DNA of 42,520 nt from a bacterium (GTDB taxonomy: Bacteria; JAHJDO01). Both the position numbers and the translations under genes were made by a program. Positions within the stretch are counted from its first letter, which is position 1. Each line of letters begins with the position of its first letter. The stretch covers positions 1-42,520 of the forward strand of contig JAUWOV010000003.1 in the NCBI GenBank assembly GCA_030611945.1. Reading direction: 5' to 3'. Positions 20,449 through 29,668 of this stretch are shown here, in pieces. The notes under the pieces were generated by a model, which saw nothing but the letters and a program-made list of their open reading frames with translations, was not told where the DNA came from and did no database searches.

Positions 20449-21939
20449 ATGGATAACAATATTAAGTCATTATTAGATGAGTTGTCTTATGGTTCTGTCC
20501 AGAAGATTATAGATCAATATCCAAGCAGTTTAAAAGAAGCTACTTCTTTTAAAAAGTATATTATAGCGACCTGTTGTCTGATTGAAGATTTAAGAAAGCA
20601 TGAAGATGTAAAGATAGCTATTGAGAGTGCAAAAAGACAAGTAGGATATAAGTATTTCTTAAGCCAATATTACATAGATAATTATCTTAATAGTATCTTA
20701 AATAAAGAAAGTTATACTGTTTTTGATAATCTATATGTAGAGCCTAGTGTTGAGAAAATAAAAGATAAACAAACGGCAGAAAGGGCTCCTCTCCCTTATG
20801 AATTTAATGGAACTACTCTTCAAGATTTTCCGACTAATAGTCCTAAGCAAAATTCCAAGCCAAAAGAAAAAGAAGTTCCAATTATTACTGCAATAGAAAA
20901 CAATCCTAATTTAGTAATTGTTGGTGAACAGGGTGCTGGCAAAACATCCACTTTAAAGCATTTATGTGTATATTTTGCAAAAAACGCTAAAAATAAAGCA
21001 AAGATAATTCCTGTATTTGTTGCTCTTGATGCTTATGGTATCAATCATTCAAAGCTTGAATATGTTATCCGTGATTCCATAGACCCTTCTATAGATATCT
21101 CTCTATCGGATTTATTAAAAAATTATAAGTGTATTATTTTCCTTGATGGTTACAATGAAATTCCTAAAAAATATAGAGGTACAGCTTTAAACCAGATTCA
21201 GAACTTTTTCAAAGGTAAAACATATAACTGTGTTTTGACTTCCAGACGTGAAGGTTACCACGGGGAAATTGATTCTAAAACTATGGAGGTTGAACCTTTT
21301 GGCTATGAAAAAATAAAAGAGTTGACAAAGAAATATCTAAAGCATTTTAAGGGCAAAAAAACTGTCGATGGTATGTTAGATACGTTAGAATCAAACTCAA
21401 AACTGATGGACTTGGCTAAAAATCCATTTTATCTTGTAATTATGGTTCTTATATACAATGAAAAAGGGACAATTCCTCCACAATTAGGTTTAATTTTTGA
21501 ACATCTTATGACTGTTATATATGAGGGAGATAACAATTGGGAAGATAAAAAAAATAAAAACAAATTCCAAAAAATAAAGACAGAAATTCTTGCTGATTTG
21601 GCTTATAAAATAATTGAGCAAGGCAATGTAGCTATAAGTATTTATGATTGCGAAGATATTATGGGTAAGAAAAGGGCTGACTTGATTAGCAAAGGGAAAT
21701 TTTTACAGGACGAAGGCACAGTTTATGACATTCTTTCAGAATTAAAGGATAATAACTTATTAGATGAAATTAGTGGTATAGTGAAGTTTGTGCATCAAAG
21801 TTATGGTTCGTATTTTGCTGCTTGTTATCTTAAGAGAATGTCTCCAGAAAAGTTATTACGTAAAATTCGAGATGAACTATTAGAATACATGAGATGGGAT
21901 GAAACAATCTCGCTATTACTAGGTATAGTAGATGTCTAA
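20449..21939 (+). CDS. NACHT (STAND) NTPase, N-terminal part of an NLR-like protein
   Basis: LYVEP, VIVGEQGAGKT, IFLDGYNE, LTSR, NPF.L, FVHQSY..YFAA and W.E..LL.G. Confidence 0.9.
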   Translation: MDNNIKSLLDELSYGSVQKIIDQYPSSLKEATSFKKYIIATCCLIEDLRKHEDVKIAIESAKRQVGYKYFLSQYYIDNYLNSILNKESYTVFDNLYVEPSVEKIKDKQTAERAPLPYEFNGTTLQDFPTNSPKQNSKPKEKEVPIITAIENNPNLVIVGEQGAGKTSTLKHLCVYFAKNAKNKAKIIPVFVALDAYGINHSKLEYVIRDSIDPSIDISLSDLLKNYKCIIFLDGYNEIPKKYRGTALNQIQNFFKGKTYNCVLTSRREGYHGEIDSKTMEVEPFGYEKIKELTKKYLKHFKGKKTVDGMLDTLESNSKLMDLAKNPFYLVIMVLIYNEKGTIPPQLGLIFEHLMTVIYEGDNNWEDKKNKNKFQKIKTEILADLAYKIIEQGNVAISIYDCEDIMGKKRADLISKGKFLQDEGTVYDILSELKDNNLLDEISGIVKFVHQSYGSYFAACYLKRMSPEKLLRKIRDELLEYMRWDETISLLLGIVDV

Positions 21940-23635
21940 TACTTTAGATAAAATTATAAATCTTCTTATTGACTTAGATCCATTTTTTGCTGCCCAATGT
22001 TTTCCAATGGCAAAAAACGCAACTTCTGAAACAGAAGACAAGTTAATAAAAATATTATCAGATAAAGCTAAAGATGACACTTATTTAGGATTAAGTGCTA
22101 TCTATAGTTTAGGTATAATAAAATCAGAAAAAGCTGTAGAACCCCTTCTTGCATTGTTAGAGAATGGCGGCGACCTTTGGTATGTGGTACATGCGTTAAG
22201 TGCAATAAAATCAGAAAGAGCTGTAGAAGCGCTTCTTGCGCTACTAGAGAAAACAAAAGATAATAACTTTGGGTGGATTGCACATGCGTTAGGTGCAACA
22301 GAATCAGAAAGAGCTGTAGAAGCACTTCTTGCATTGTTAGAGAAAAGTAAAGATAATGATATTATCGAGAGTATAGCAGATGCGTTAGGTGCAACGAAAT
22401 CAGAGAAGGCAGTAGAGCCTCTTCTTGTATTGTTAAAGAAAAGTAAAGATAATGATGTTATTGAGAAGATAGCAGAGGCATTAGCTGAGATAAAATCAGA
22501 GAAGGCAGTAGAGCCTCTTCTTGCGCTACTAGAGAAAAGTAAAAATAATAGTGTTCTTTGGTATGTGGTATGTGTATTAGGTGAAATAAAATCAGAAAAA
22601 ACTATAAAACCTCTTCTTGTGCTGTTAGAGAAAAGCAAAGATAATAGTGTCCTTTGGTATGTGGCAAGTGTATTAGCATGTGTGTTAGGTATAACAAAAT
22701 CAGAAAAGGTAGTGGAGCCTCTTCTTGCATTATTAGAGAAAAGTAAAAATAATAGTGTTCTCAGCAGTATAGCACGTGTATTAGGTGAAATAAAATCAGA
22801 AAAGGCAGTAGAACCTCTTCTTGCACTACTAGAGAAAACTAAAGATGATAGTGTTCTTATAAGTATAGCACGTGCATTAGGTGAGATAAGATCAGAGAAG
22901 GCAGTAGTCCCTCTTTTTGCACTCCTACAGAAAACTAAAGATGATAGTGTTATTGAATATGCAATATATGCATTAGGTGAGATGAAATCAGAGAAGGCAG
23001 TAGAGCCGCTTCTTGCATTGTTAGAGAAAAGCAAAAATAATAATATTCTCAGGCGTATAGCAGATGCACTAGGTGAAATAAAATCAGAAAAAGCAGTAGA
23101 ACCTCTTCTTGCGCTGCTAGAGAAAACTAAAAATGATAGTGTTCGTTGGGGTGTGGAACGTGCATTAGGTGGAATAAAATCAGAAAAGGCAGTAGAACCT
23201 CTTCTTGCATTGTTAGAGAAAAGTAAAGATGATAATGTTATTAAGAGTATAGGAGATGCATTAGGTGGAATAAAATCAGAAAAAGCAGTAGAACCTCTTC
23301 TTGCATTGTTAGAGAAAAGTAAAAATAATAATGTTCTCAGCAGTATAGCACGTGCATTAGGTGGAATAAAATCAGAAAAGGCAGTAGAACCTCTTCTTAC
23401 GCTACTAGAGAAAACTAAAGATGATAATGTTATTAGTGGTACAGCATATGCTTTGCGTGAAATATCTTCTGTATGTTCAGAAACAAGGAATAAAAAGACA
23501 ATAATTTCTTTGGTTAAGATGCGTAAAACATTTAATAGAGAAAATTTGAAGAACGATATTTATGTATCTGTTGAAGATTTAAAAAAGAACTCACGTAGAA
23601 GATTTTTAAATAAGTTAAAAGGATTTTATGAATGA
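21932..23635 (+). CDS. HEAT/PBS-lyase repeat protein (probable frameshifted C-terminus of the NACHT protein)
   Basis: 14 repeats of ALG.IKSEKAVEPLLALLEK; the N-terminus continues the usual NACHT linker (..DPFFAAQC). Confidence 0.88.
   Translation: MSNTLDKIINLLIDLDPFFAAQCFPMAKNATSETEDKLIKILSDKAKDDTYLGLSAIYSLGIIKSEKAVEPLLALLENGGDLWYVVHALSAIKSERAVEALLALLEKTKDNNFGWIAHALGATESERAVEALLALLEKSKDNDIIESIADALGATKSEKAVEPLLVLLKKSKDNDVIEKIAEALAEIKSEKAVEPLLALLEKSKNNSVLWYVVCVLGEIKSEKTIKPLLVLLEKSKDNSVLWYVASVLACVLGITKSEKVVEPLLALLEKSKNNSVLSSIARVLGEIKSEKAVEPLLALLEKTKDDSVLISIARALGEIRSEKAVVPLFALLQKTKDDSVIEYAIYALGEMKSEKAVEPLLALLEKSKNNNILRRIADALGEIKSEKAVEPLLALLEKTKNDSVRWGVERALGGIKSEKAVEPLLALLEKSKDDNVIKSIGDALGGIKSEKAVEPLLALLEKSKNNNVLSSIARALGGIKSEKAVEPLLTLLEKTKDDNVISGTAYALREISSVCSETRNKKTIISLVKMRKTFNRENLKNDIYVSVEDLKKNSRRRFLNKLKGFYE
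22090..23460 (+). repeat. Tandem ~96-bp coding repeat (14 units)
   Basis: AAATCAGA(A/G)AA(A/G)GCAGTAGA(A/G)CCTCTTCTTGC recurs at a 96-bp period, e.g. 23081 and 23177. Confidence 0.9.
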
Positions 23636-23658
23636 ATAAAAAACCTGCTATCACACCG

Positions 23659-23690
23659 GGCAACTAGAAGTTCTTTGGTTGCCTTTCTTT
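23659..23690 (+). terminator. Probable intrinsic terminator after the HEAT gene
   Basis: GGCAAC...GTTGCC stem followed by TTTCTTT. Confidence 0.5.
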
Positions 23691-23970
23691 GTGTGCCCCT
23701 GGCGCGAGTGGCAGACTGTACTATATACTATCTACAAGGCAGGATTAGATAGTATTTAAACTTTTCGCAATAGCTTAACTGCTCAATGCCAACACGCCCA
23801 CCCTCCGCCCTTTTTTCTTAAATAACATTCCAAAGCCCCAAGGTCAATGGTAGATGTGGATCAAAAACAATTATTAAAATATCTATAAATCAGCTATAAC
23901 CTCTGCTTGTTTTTTCACTTTACGGAAAAAACAATCATTGAGTCAGATAAGGCTTGAGAGGTGATTAAAA

Positions 23971-24010
23971 ATGGGGCAATACTTTAAAATTCTTAATCTG
24001 GATAAAAAAA
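23971..24010 (+). pseudogene. N-terminal remnant of a phage-type protein (MGQYFKILNLDKK)
   Basis: GAGGTGA SD and an MGQY...NLDKK start; the frame then runs into the opposite-strand gene. Confidence 0.4.
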
Positions 24011-24012
24011 GT

Positions 24013-24297
24013 TTAAGTACTAGGCAAATTATGCTTTATTCTTTCTTCTTCTGCTATCACAATAATAGCTTCAAAAAGGATTCTCATACCATCTAATGAA
24101 ATATATGCTTTTGAATCAACGCCTTGTTTAGTTATCGCATTTACACATGATGTTACTAAATCGCGAAAGGCAGGTATTTCATCTGCTCTTCTCTTGAGAT
24201 CTTTTTTAGCCTTTCCCTTTTTTGCATACATAATTTCTTTAACACAAGCACTCAATTCTTCTGATGTGATTTGTTTTAAATACTCTAACAAGTTCAT
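24013..24297 (-). CDS. Hypothetical protein
   Basis: 94-aa ORF with GAGG SD. Confidence 0.6.
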   Translation of the reverse strand: MNLLEYLKQITSEELSACVKEIMYAKKGKAKKDLKRRADEIPAFRDLVTSCVNAITKQGVDSKAYISLDGMRILFEAIIVIAEEERIKHNLPST

Positions 24298-24420
24298 AAG
24301 AACCTCTTGGCAACAAATAGGGTTAACTCATCTATTGTGATTTTATCTCAATACATTATATTTGCAACAACAAAAAAGTCAGAAGGTGGACTAAAAGACA
24401 ATTCTTTTTTTATTAAATTA

Positions 24421-24454
24421 AGTAAATTTCTCTTTAAAATGCGAGAAATTTACT
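24421..24454. promoter_or_regulatory. 12-bp inverted repeat (operator-like) in a divergent intergenic region
   Basis: AGTAAATTTCTC-N10-GAGAAATTTACT. Confidence 0.5.
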
Positions 24455-24510
24455 CTTAGTGTCTAAAAGCAAAATAAGAGAATATCTTTATTGTATAAGG
24501 TGACTAAGTT

Positions 24511-24702
24511 ATGGGAATTATAAGAAATCGCGTAGAAGGGGCTTATAGAGGGTACATGAAGGATAAAAACCTGCCAAAGCTTTTAAGAAAATTGGTTGAT
24601 ATTGCTGACCATTTAGTTCATTACCAGCATCATAGAGACTGCCTGGATAGAGCAATGGACGAATTCTTTCCTATGAAAGAAAAACAACAAAGAGATGTTT
24701 AA
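24511..24702 (+). CDS. Hypothetical protein
   Basis: AGGTGA SD; 63 aa. Confidence 0.6.
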   Translation: MGIIRNRVEGAYRGYMKDKNLPKLLRKLVDIADHLVHYQHHRDCLDRAMDEFFPMKEKQQRDV

Positions 24703-24735
24703 AGAGCTTAAAAATAATCATTAGAGGTGGACATA

Positions 24736-25137
24736 ATGCCAGAAAACAGCTTAATCATAAACAAGGCATTCTTTGGCGGCAGGTCTGGCGCAAAGAATGT
24801 GCTGAAGATAACCCTGAATAAAAACAAAGAGTGTTATTTTAATTTCGGGATAGAGCAGCAAAACAGCAAATACCTGTGGATACCCTGTAAAATGAATGCT
24901 TCAGAGTTAGGAGATATAATAAACGTTTTGGCAGGAAAGATATCATCGATAGCCTTTTTCCATAAGTTTAATGGGAAAAAAGGAGAAACAACAAGGCAGA
25001 TATGGATTAACAGAAGCAATGATAATAAGGCTGTTTTTATAAAAATTAAGGAATTAACAAAGCCTCTAAGCCTGGGAGAGCAAAAGGTTCTCGAGCTTTT
25101 ACTTTCGCAGATTATAGTGAGGATGAGTTTATCTTAG
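24736..25137 (+). CDS. Hypothetical protein (possible Whirly/PC4-like fold)
   Basis: GAGGTGG SD, then ATG 24736; duplicated beta-sheet/helix pattern. Fold is inference. Confidence 0.7.
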   Translation: MPENSLIINKAFFGGRSGAKNVLKITLNKNKECYFNFGIEQQNSKYLWIPCKMNASELGDIINVLAGKISSIAFFHKFNGKKGETTRQIWINRSNDNKAVFIKIKELTKPLSLGEQKVLELLLSQIIVRMSLS

Positions 25138-25150
25138 TAAAAGAGGGAAA

Positions 25151-26209
25151 ATGGCAATAAAAACACCTGATTTAATTACACAGGCTAAAAGGTTTGATGA
25201 GAATACCCTAAGAAAGTTTCTGCAATTTCTTAACCATAAAATCCCATTCAAATATCAGGTATTTAAGCCAAACATTAATGGAAAACCACAGGGAAGCGGG
25301 AGATGTATATTTGTGGGGGATATAAACGAATTTATTAAGTTTTCAAAGCAGGACAATGGAACAGGCATGGTCTGCGTTGGAATAAATGAGTTAAGGAATA
25401 CCAATGATATTACCGGCATTACAAAATTACAGGCATTGGTGTTTGATATTGATGCAAATAAAAAAACAAAGTTTGTAAGCTCTATTAAAGACCATAATTA
25501 CGCTATAAGCCTGGCTAAAACCAGGGCAAGGGAAAGATTAGAAAGACTGGGATTTAAGGTTGGTTGCATAGTGGACTCTGGAAATGGAGCTCATATCTAT
25601 ATCAAGGTTAATATTCCGCTAAAAAGAGTGAAATCCAGAGAAGAATGGTTTAGTACAGATGTCTATAAAAAACTGGCTGTAATTGAAAAAAAGATGCAAA
25701 AGCTTAATGATGGCATAGTGCATATTGACTGTCTAACCAAAGACCCTGTAAGAAGGATGAAAGTGCCTGGAACATTAAACTATAAAGATACTCAAGAGGC
25801 AGAACACAGAATGTGCAGAATAGTCTGTCTTTTAGATGATCCTGCTGAAAAAGAAAATACAAAAGCATTTTACAGGATAAACCCAGCTGAATCAGACAGT
25901 ACTTTTGAAAATGCTGATGTGAAATCACTAACTAAAGAGCAAATTAGAAATATGTTTAGACAAGACAAGAAAATGAAGGACTTATATTTTGGGGACTGGC
26001 AGAAATATGGCTATAGGTCAAGATCAGAAGCAGAAATAGCTCTAATATCAAAAATGGTGCACTATCATTTTTCAAATAAAAACATTTACGAGCTTATGGA
26101 CAATTGCAAGATAGGCAAGTGGCAGGATGAAATAATAAGTAATAATTACAAAAGAAGAACAATAGCCAGTGCAAGGAATTTTATTAAAGCAGCAGAGTAT
26201 AACCAGTAA
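25151..26209 (+). CDS. AEP/RepB-like DNA primase with C-terminal helix bundle
   Basis: LVFDID, DSGNGAHIY, RRMKVPGTLNYK and SRSEAEIAL. Confidence 0.85.
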   Translation: MAIKTPDLITQAKRFDENTLRKFLQFLNHKIPFKYQVFKPNINGKPQGSGRCIFVGDINEFIKFSKQDNGTGMVCVGINELRNTNDITGITKLQALVFDIDANKKTKFVSSIKDHNYAISLAKTRARERLERLGFKVGCIVDSGNGAHIYIKVNIPLKRVKSREEWFSTDVYKKLAVIEKKMQKLNDGIVHIDCLTKDPVRRMKVPGTLNYKDTQEAEHRMCRIVCLLDDPAEKENTKAFYRINPAESDSTFENADVKSLTKEQIRNMFRQDKKMKDLYFGDWQKYGYRSRSEAEIALISKMVHYHFSNKNIYELMDNCKIGKWQDEIISNNYKRRTIASARNFIKAAEYNQ

Positions 26210-26368
26210 GGTTCAGGATAAGACTTCCACAAACATCTAATTCCCCCTTCCCTCTCCCCTAAAACAAAAAATGGATTCTTAAATTTTTTCTAATAATTGA
26301 GAAAAAATTCAGATAAAAAGGTCATTCATTGAATAAGATTATTCCAAGCAAAAGGAAAAGAGGTAAAA

Positions 26369-26623
26369 ATGGAAATAAAAAGAACAATAAGTTTAGGCTT
26401 GAGCAGGAAGGGAAAGTGCATAGTATGCAGCGACTTAAACACCTTGATTTTAGTAATGGGAACATCATCAATATCAGGAAACCTGCATTATTACGGAATT
26501 AAAAAAGAAAAAAACAGATGGATAGTGAGCATTGAAAAAATAAAGCAGAGAATAGCAGAGCTTGAGAACAGAAAAAATAAAATAGAACAAAAATTAGAGA
26601 TAATGAAACAGGTAGTTAAGTAA
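26369..26623 (+). CDS. Small protein with C-terminal coiled coil
   Basis: GAGGT SD; heptad-like tail. Confidence 0.65.
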   Translation: MEIKRTISLGLSRKGKCIVCSDLNTLILVMGTSSISGNLHYYGIKKEKNRWIVSIEKIKQRIAELENRKNKIEQKLEIMKQVVK

Positions 26624-26722
26624 AAAATGGACTGAAATCCCCTTTTTTCTGCATGTAAACCTTAAAGCATTCATACCCGATTCTATTACAAAAGTTTTCT
26701 TCTTTTCAATAAAAATTCAGAG

Positions 26723-27502
26723 GTGATTAAAATAGTAGGACCACTAACCAGAATGAGGCTGAAAGGTGAAAAGATACCATATAGAGGCAAAGAGTATCCT
26801 ATTAAGCATAAATACAACAAATTTAGATTTGTCTGCGATAAATGCGGCAGGTGCTGCTGTGATATTGATATTATGCTTAACCCTTATGACATTATAAGAA
26901 TCTGTAATAGGCTGAAGATTACTTCAGTCCGGTTTCTTAAAGATTATGCCAGTATAACATTAGGCGCGGATTCAAGGGTTCCTATTGTGCTTTTGAATAC
27001 AAGACCCCGCTGCGTATTTAACAAAAAGATATGCACCATATATGAAGACAGGCCGACAAATTGCAGAGGCTATCCTGTAGGCAGAATCACAATGACAGAT
27101 AAAGATACAGGAGAAGAGGAAGCGGGATATATAGTAAATGATAACTGCTCGGCAATACAGACGAAAAAAAGGCAGACAATAGAGGAATGGCTTAGAAAGG
27201 AAAAAGCAGATGAATATTTTAATATCTCAACAAGATGGAACAGATTTATTACAAAGCTTATCCAAAAAGGGTTTCCAAAAAATAATGAGATGTTTAATTT
27301 TCTCTTTATCAAGGCCTGCTATGATTTTGATAATAACCTATATAATAAGCTGATGGCTGCAAAAGGAATAAGCCAGTTCAAAACAGCAGAGGATAAGTTC
27401 AATTTCATTCTTGATAATGCAGAACCTCTTATACTGAATATAGCATCCAAAGTTAATTTTGACAAAGTAAGAGAAATGTTAGAGAAAAATAAAGACAAAT
27501 GA
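26723..27502 (+). CDS. YkgJ-family cysteine-cluster (CxxCxxCC) protein
   Basis: FVCDKCGRCC, LNPYDI.R and C.F...C.IYEDRP.NCR.YP. Confidence 0.9.
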   Translation: MIKIVGPLTRMRLKGEKIPYRGKEYPIKHKYNKFRFVCDKCGRCCCDIDIMLNPYDIIRICNRLKITSVRFLKDYASITLGADSRVPIVLLNTRPRCVFNKKICTIYEDRPTNCRGYPVGRITMTDKDTGEEEAGYIVNDNCSAIQTKKRQTIEEWLRKEKADEYFNISTRWNRFITKLIQKGFPKNNEMFNFLFIKACYDFDNNLYNKLMAAKGISQFKTAEDKFNFILDNAEPLILNIASKVNFDKVREMLEKNKDK

Positions 27503-27633
27503 AATGCGAAATCCCAAGGTGCAGAAATGAGGCAGACCTAATTTATTATGGACACGGGGTCTGTCAAAAGCATTATGATATGGATTGCGATGGTGCTATC
27601 TGCCTAAAAGAAAAGTTTGGAATAAAAAAATAG
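27499..27633 (+). CDS. 44-aa Zn-finger protein (not in ORF track)
   Basis: MKCEIPRCRN...VCQKH; ATGA overlap with the previous stop. Confidence 0.6.
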   Translation: MKCEIPRCRNEADLIYYGHGVCQKHYDMDCDGAICLKEKFGIKK

Positions 27634-27649
27634 GCTTGATGTGAATAAA

Positions 27650-27823
27650 ATGGAAGATATGGCAATTGAAAAAATAGTTGGCGATAAGGCAATCTTTACT
27701 CACAAATACTACAAAAAGCTATGCGAAGAAGCAAAGAAGAGAGGAATTACACCTGAAAAACTGTTCAATAAAATAGTGGCAGATTATTTAAGAAAGGTAA
27801 AGAATCAAAAAAGAGATGATTAA
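27650..27823 (+). CDS. Ribbon-helix-helix-like protein
   Basis: YKKLCEEAKKRGITPEKLFNKIVADYL. Confidence 0.6.
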   Translation: MEDMAIEKIVGDKAIFTHKYYKKLCEEAKKRGITPEKLFNKIVADYLRKVKNQKRDD

Positions 27824-27825
27824 AA

Positions 27826-27996
27826 ATGTTATTAATGCTTATTAATAAAGCGACTCACAGCAATAGCAAATGTTTCCTTTGTGGCAAAAGAATTCTTAAA
27901 GGACAAGAGGAGTATATTTGGGATTGTGGACGATATAAATCCCACAAAAAATGTGAAGAACAAAGAGAAAAAGAATTAGTTCAAAAGGTGACATAA
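27826..27996 (+). CDS. 56-aa PARP-type-like Zn finger (not in ORF track)
   Basis: ATHSNSKCFLCGKRILKG...HKKC. Confidence 0.5.
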   Translation: MLLMLINKATHSNSKCFLCGKRILKGQEEYIWDCGRYKSHKKCEEQREKELVQKVT

Positions 27997-28010
27997 AAGA
28001 TTTCTAATAA

Positions 28011-28196
28011 ATGAGAAATCTTATTAAAATGTTAAGGATAAATATATTCTTCAAAAGCGGAAAGATGCAGTCTCTGGAAACTCCAATCATAACAGAGAAA
28101 ATATCCAGCCAGATAAACGAGAAATTAAGAAGCAGCATTATTCTAAAAACAGACTTGTTTATCTTTCAAAATAGAAAATGGGTGAAGTTAGAATGA
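28011..28196 (+). CDS. Hypothetical protein
   Basis: Co-oriented small ORF. Confidence 0.45.
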   Translation: MRNLIKMLRINIFFKSGKMQSLETPIITEKISSQINEKLRSSIILKTDLFIFQNRKWVKLE

Positions 28197-28291
28197 AATC
28201 ACCTAATAACCGGATAAAGAAATATAAGTGATAAAAAAGATATATCCTATTAGGTATATTTTGTATAAGTTTCCTTTATCTTTTGTCCTAA

Positions 28292-28308
28292 ATAGACAGA
28301 TTTATATA
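28292..28308 (+). promoter_or_regulatory. Archaeal-type BRE-TATA promoter of the Fic gene
   Basis: Purine-rich ATAGACAGA then TTTATATA at -30..-23 relative to the ATG. Confidence 0.5.
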
Positions 28309-28330
28309 GTAGTAGAGGTGTAATATAACC

Positions 28331-29566
28331 ATGGTAACCAAATATGATGTTTTTCTATATCTGGCTGATAAAGGCACTGCAATAAAAACGCCAGAGGTTA
28401 TGAAGAACTTTAAAAGAATAAAGCATGAATATCAGAATATCTATCACATACTTTCTGGTTTAGTGAAAGAGGATTTAGCTACAAGGTCAGGAAAAGGATT
28501 TCAGGTAAAGCTATCACTAAAATCCCGGCTGTTGCACAGGCTGATAACATACTGCATTAATAATGGCATAAATTATAATCATTTAATTGATGTAAACCTT
28601 GCAGATTTTGTTGCAAAGGCATTGTTAAAAACAGAGTTCACTTTAAAGGATTTTAAAATTAACCCAAAGACATTTAAAAAATATACAGAGATACTAAAAA
28701 GATACGGCTTAATTATTATAATTTCAACCAAGCCATTTAAGGCAAGGATTACATGGAACCACCTTTTAAGCAATATTCTCCAGTACTTTGACATGCCTGT
28801 TTTTGTAAGAAAGGAAAACAAGATTGACTTTTTGGACAGGATTGAAAAGGAATTAAAAATATTCAACAGAAAAATAAAACAGAACGAAACAGCCTATAAT
28901 GCTTTAACCGAGGATTTTGAAACTAGGTTTATTCATTCAAACCTTTCGATAGAAGGGAATCCTGTGACCTTGCCAAATACAATTAAAATTTTAAAGGATA
29001 AAATCATGCCAAAAGATCTCAGGGATTCTGATATCAAAGAGATACAAAATTACCAGATTGCTCTGAGAGCAATGATGAAGGATTCCAGAAGCGGAAATGC
29101 CTTAAATAAGGGAAAAATTCTCAATTACCATTTTCTGGCAATGCAGCATAATGAAGAAATTGCGGGAAAGCTCAGAAAAATCAGTGTGCGTATAAAAGGC
29201 AATCCTAACTTTAAAGTAGCTCCTGTAGATAAAATTGGATTCTGTTTTGACCAGCTTATGAAAAGATATGATATTTTTACAGCAAAGAGGCATACCATTA
29301 AAGAGATAATTGATTTTGCCTCTTATTTCCATAACCAGTTTCAGTATATTCATCCATTTGCTGATGGAAACAGCAGAGTAGCCCGCTTAATAACTTTTCA
29401 TCTTCTTCAGTACTTTAAAATACCCATTCTTGACATCCCTCTCGGCATACTAGATCAATATCTAACCAATACTAAAAGCTATATAAAGCGTGATGATAGG
29501 GATTTAAGCAAAACATTGCAGCTAATTATTCTTTACAATCTGAAAATTATTAATGATAAGCTGTAA
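28331..29566 (+). CDS. Fic-family protein with N-terminal winged-helix region
   Basis: HPFADGNSRVAR Fic motif; NLSIEGN inhibitory-helix-like motif. Confidence 0.9.
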   Translation: MVTKYDVFLYLADKGTAIKTPEVMKNFKRIKHEYQNIYHILSGLVKEDLATRSGKGFQVKLSLKSRLLHRLITYCINNGINYNHLIDVNLADFVAKALLKTEFTLKDFKINPKTFKKYTEILKRYGLIIIISTKPFKARITWNHLLSNILQYFDMPVFVRKENKIDFLDRIEKELKIFNRKIKQNETAYNALTEDFETRFIHSNLSIEGNPVTLPNTIKILKDKIMPKDLRDSDIKEIQNYQIALRAMMKDSRSGNALNKGKILNYHFLAMQHNEEIAGKLRKISVRIKGNPNFKVAPVDKIGFCFDQLMKRYDIFTAKRHTIKEIIDFASYFHNQFQYIHPFADGNSRVARLITFHLLQYFKIPILDIPLGILDQYLTNTKSYIKRDDRDLSKTLQLIILYNLKIINDKL

Positions 29567-29668
29567 TATTTTTTAAGAGATACTGATAGCAATAAAGCCA
29601 TAAAAACTCTGATTCTAAAAAAACAAATTTTTTCTTATTGCATAGAGAAAAAAATTTCTTAAAACGAG

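Noticed and set aside
22098-23034. 310-aa and 78-aa minus-strand ORFs
   Set aside because: Antisense shadows of the HEAT repeats.
22090-23460. Repeat/variable-spacer pattern resembling a CRISPR array or DGR target
   Set aside because: Units are in-frame 96-bp HEAT repeats; no cas genes or reverse transcriptase are present.
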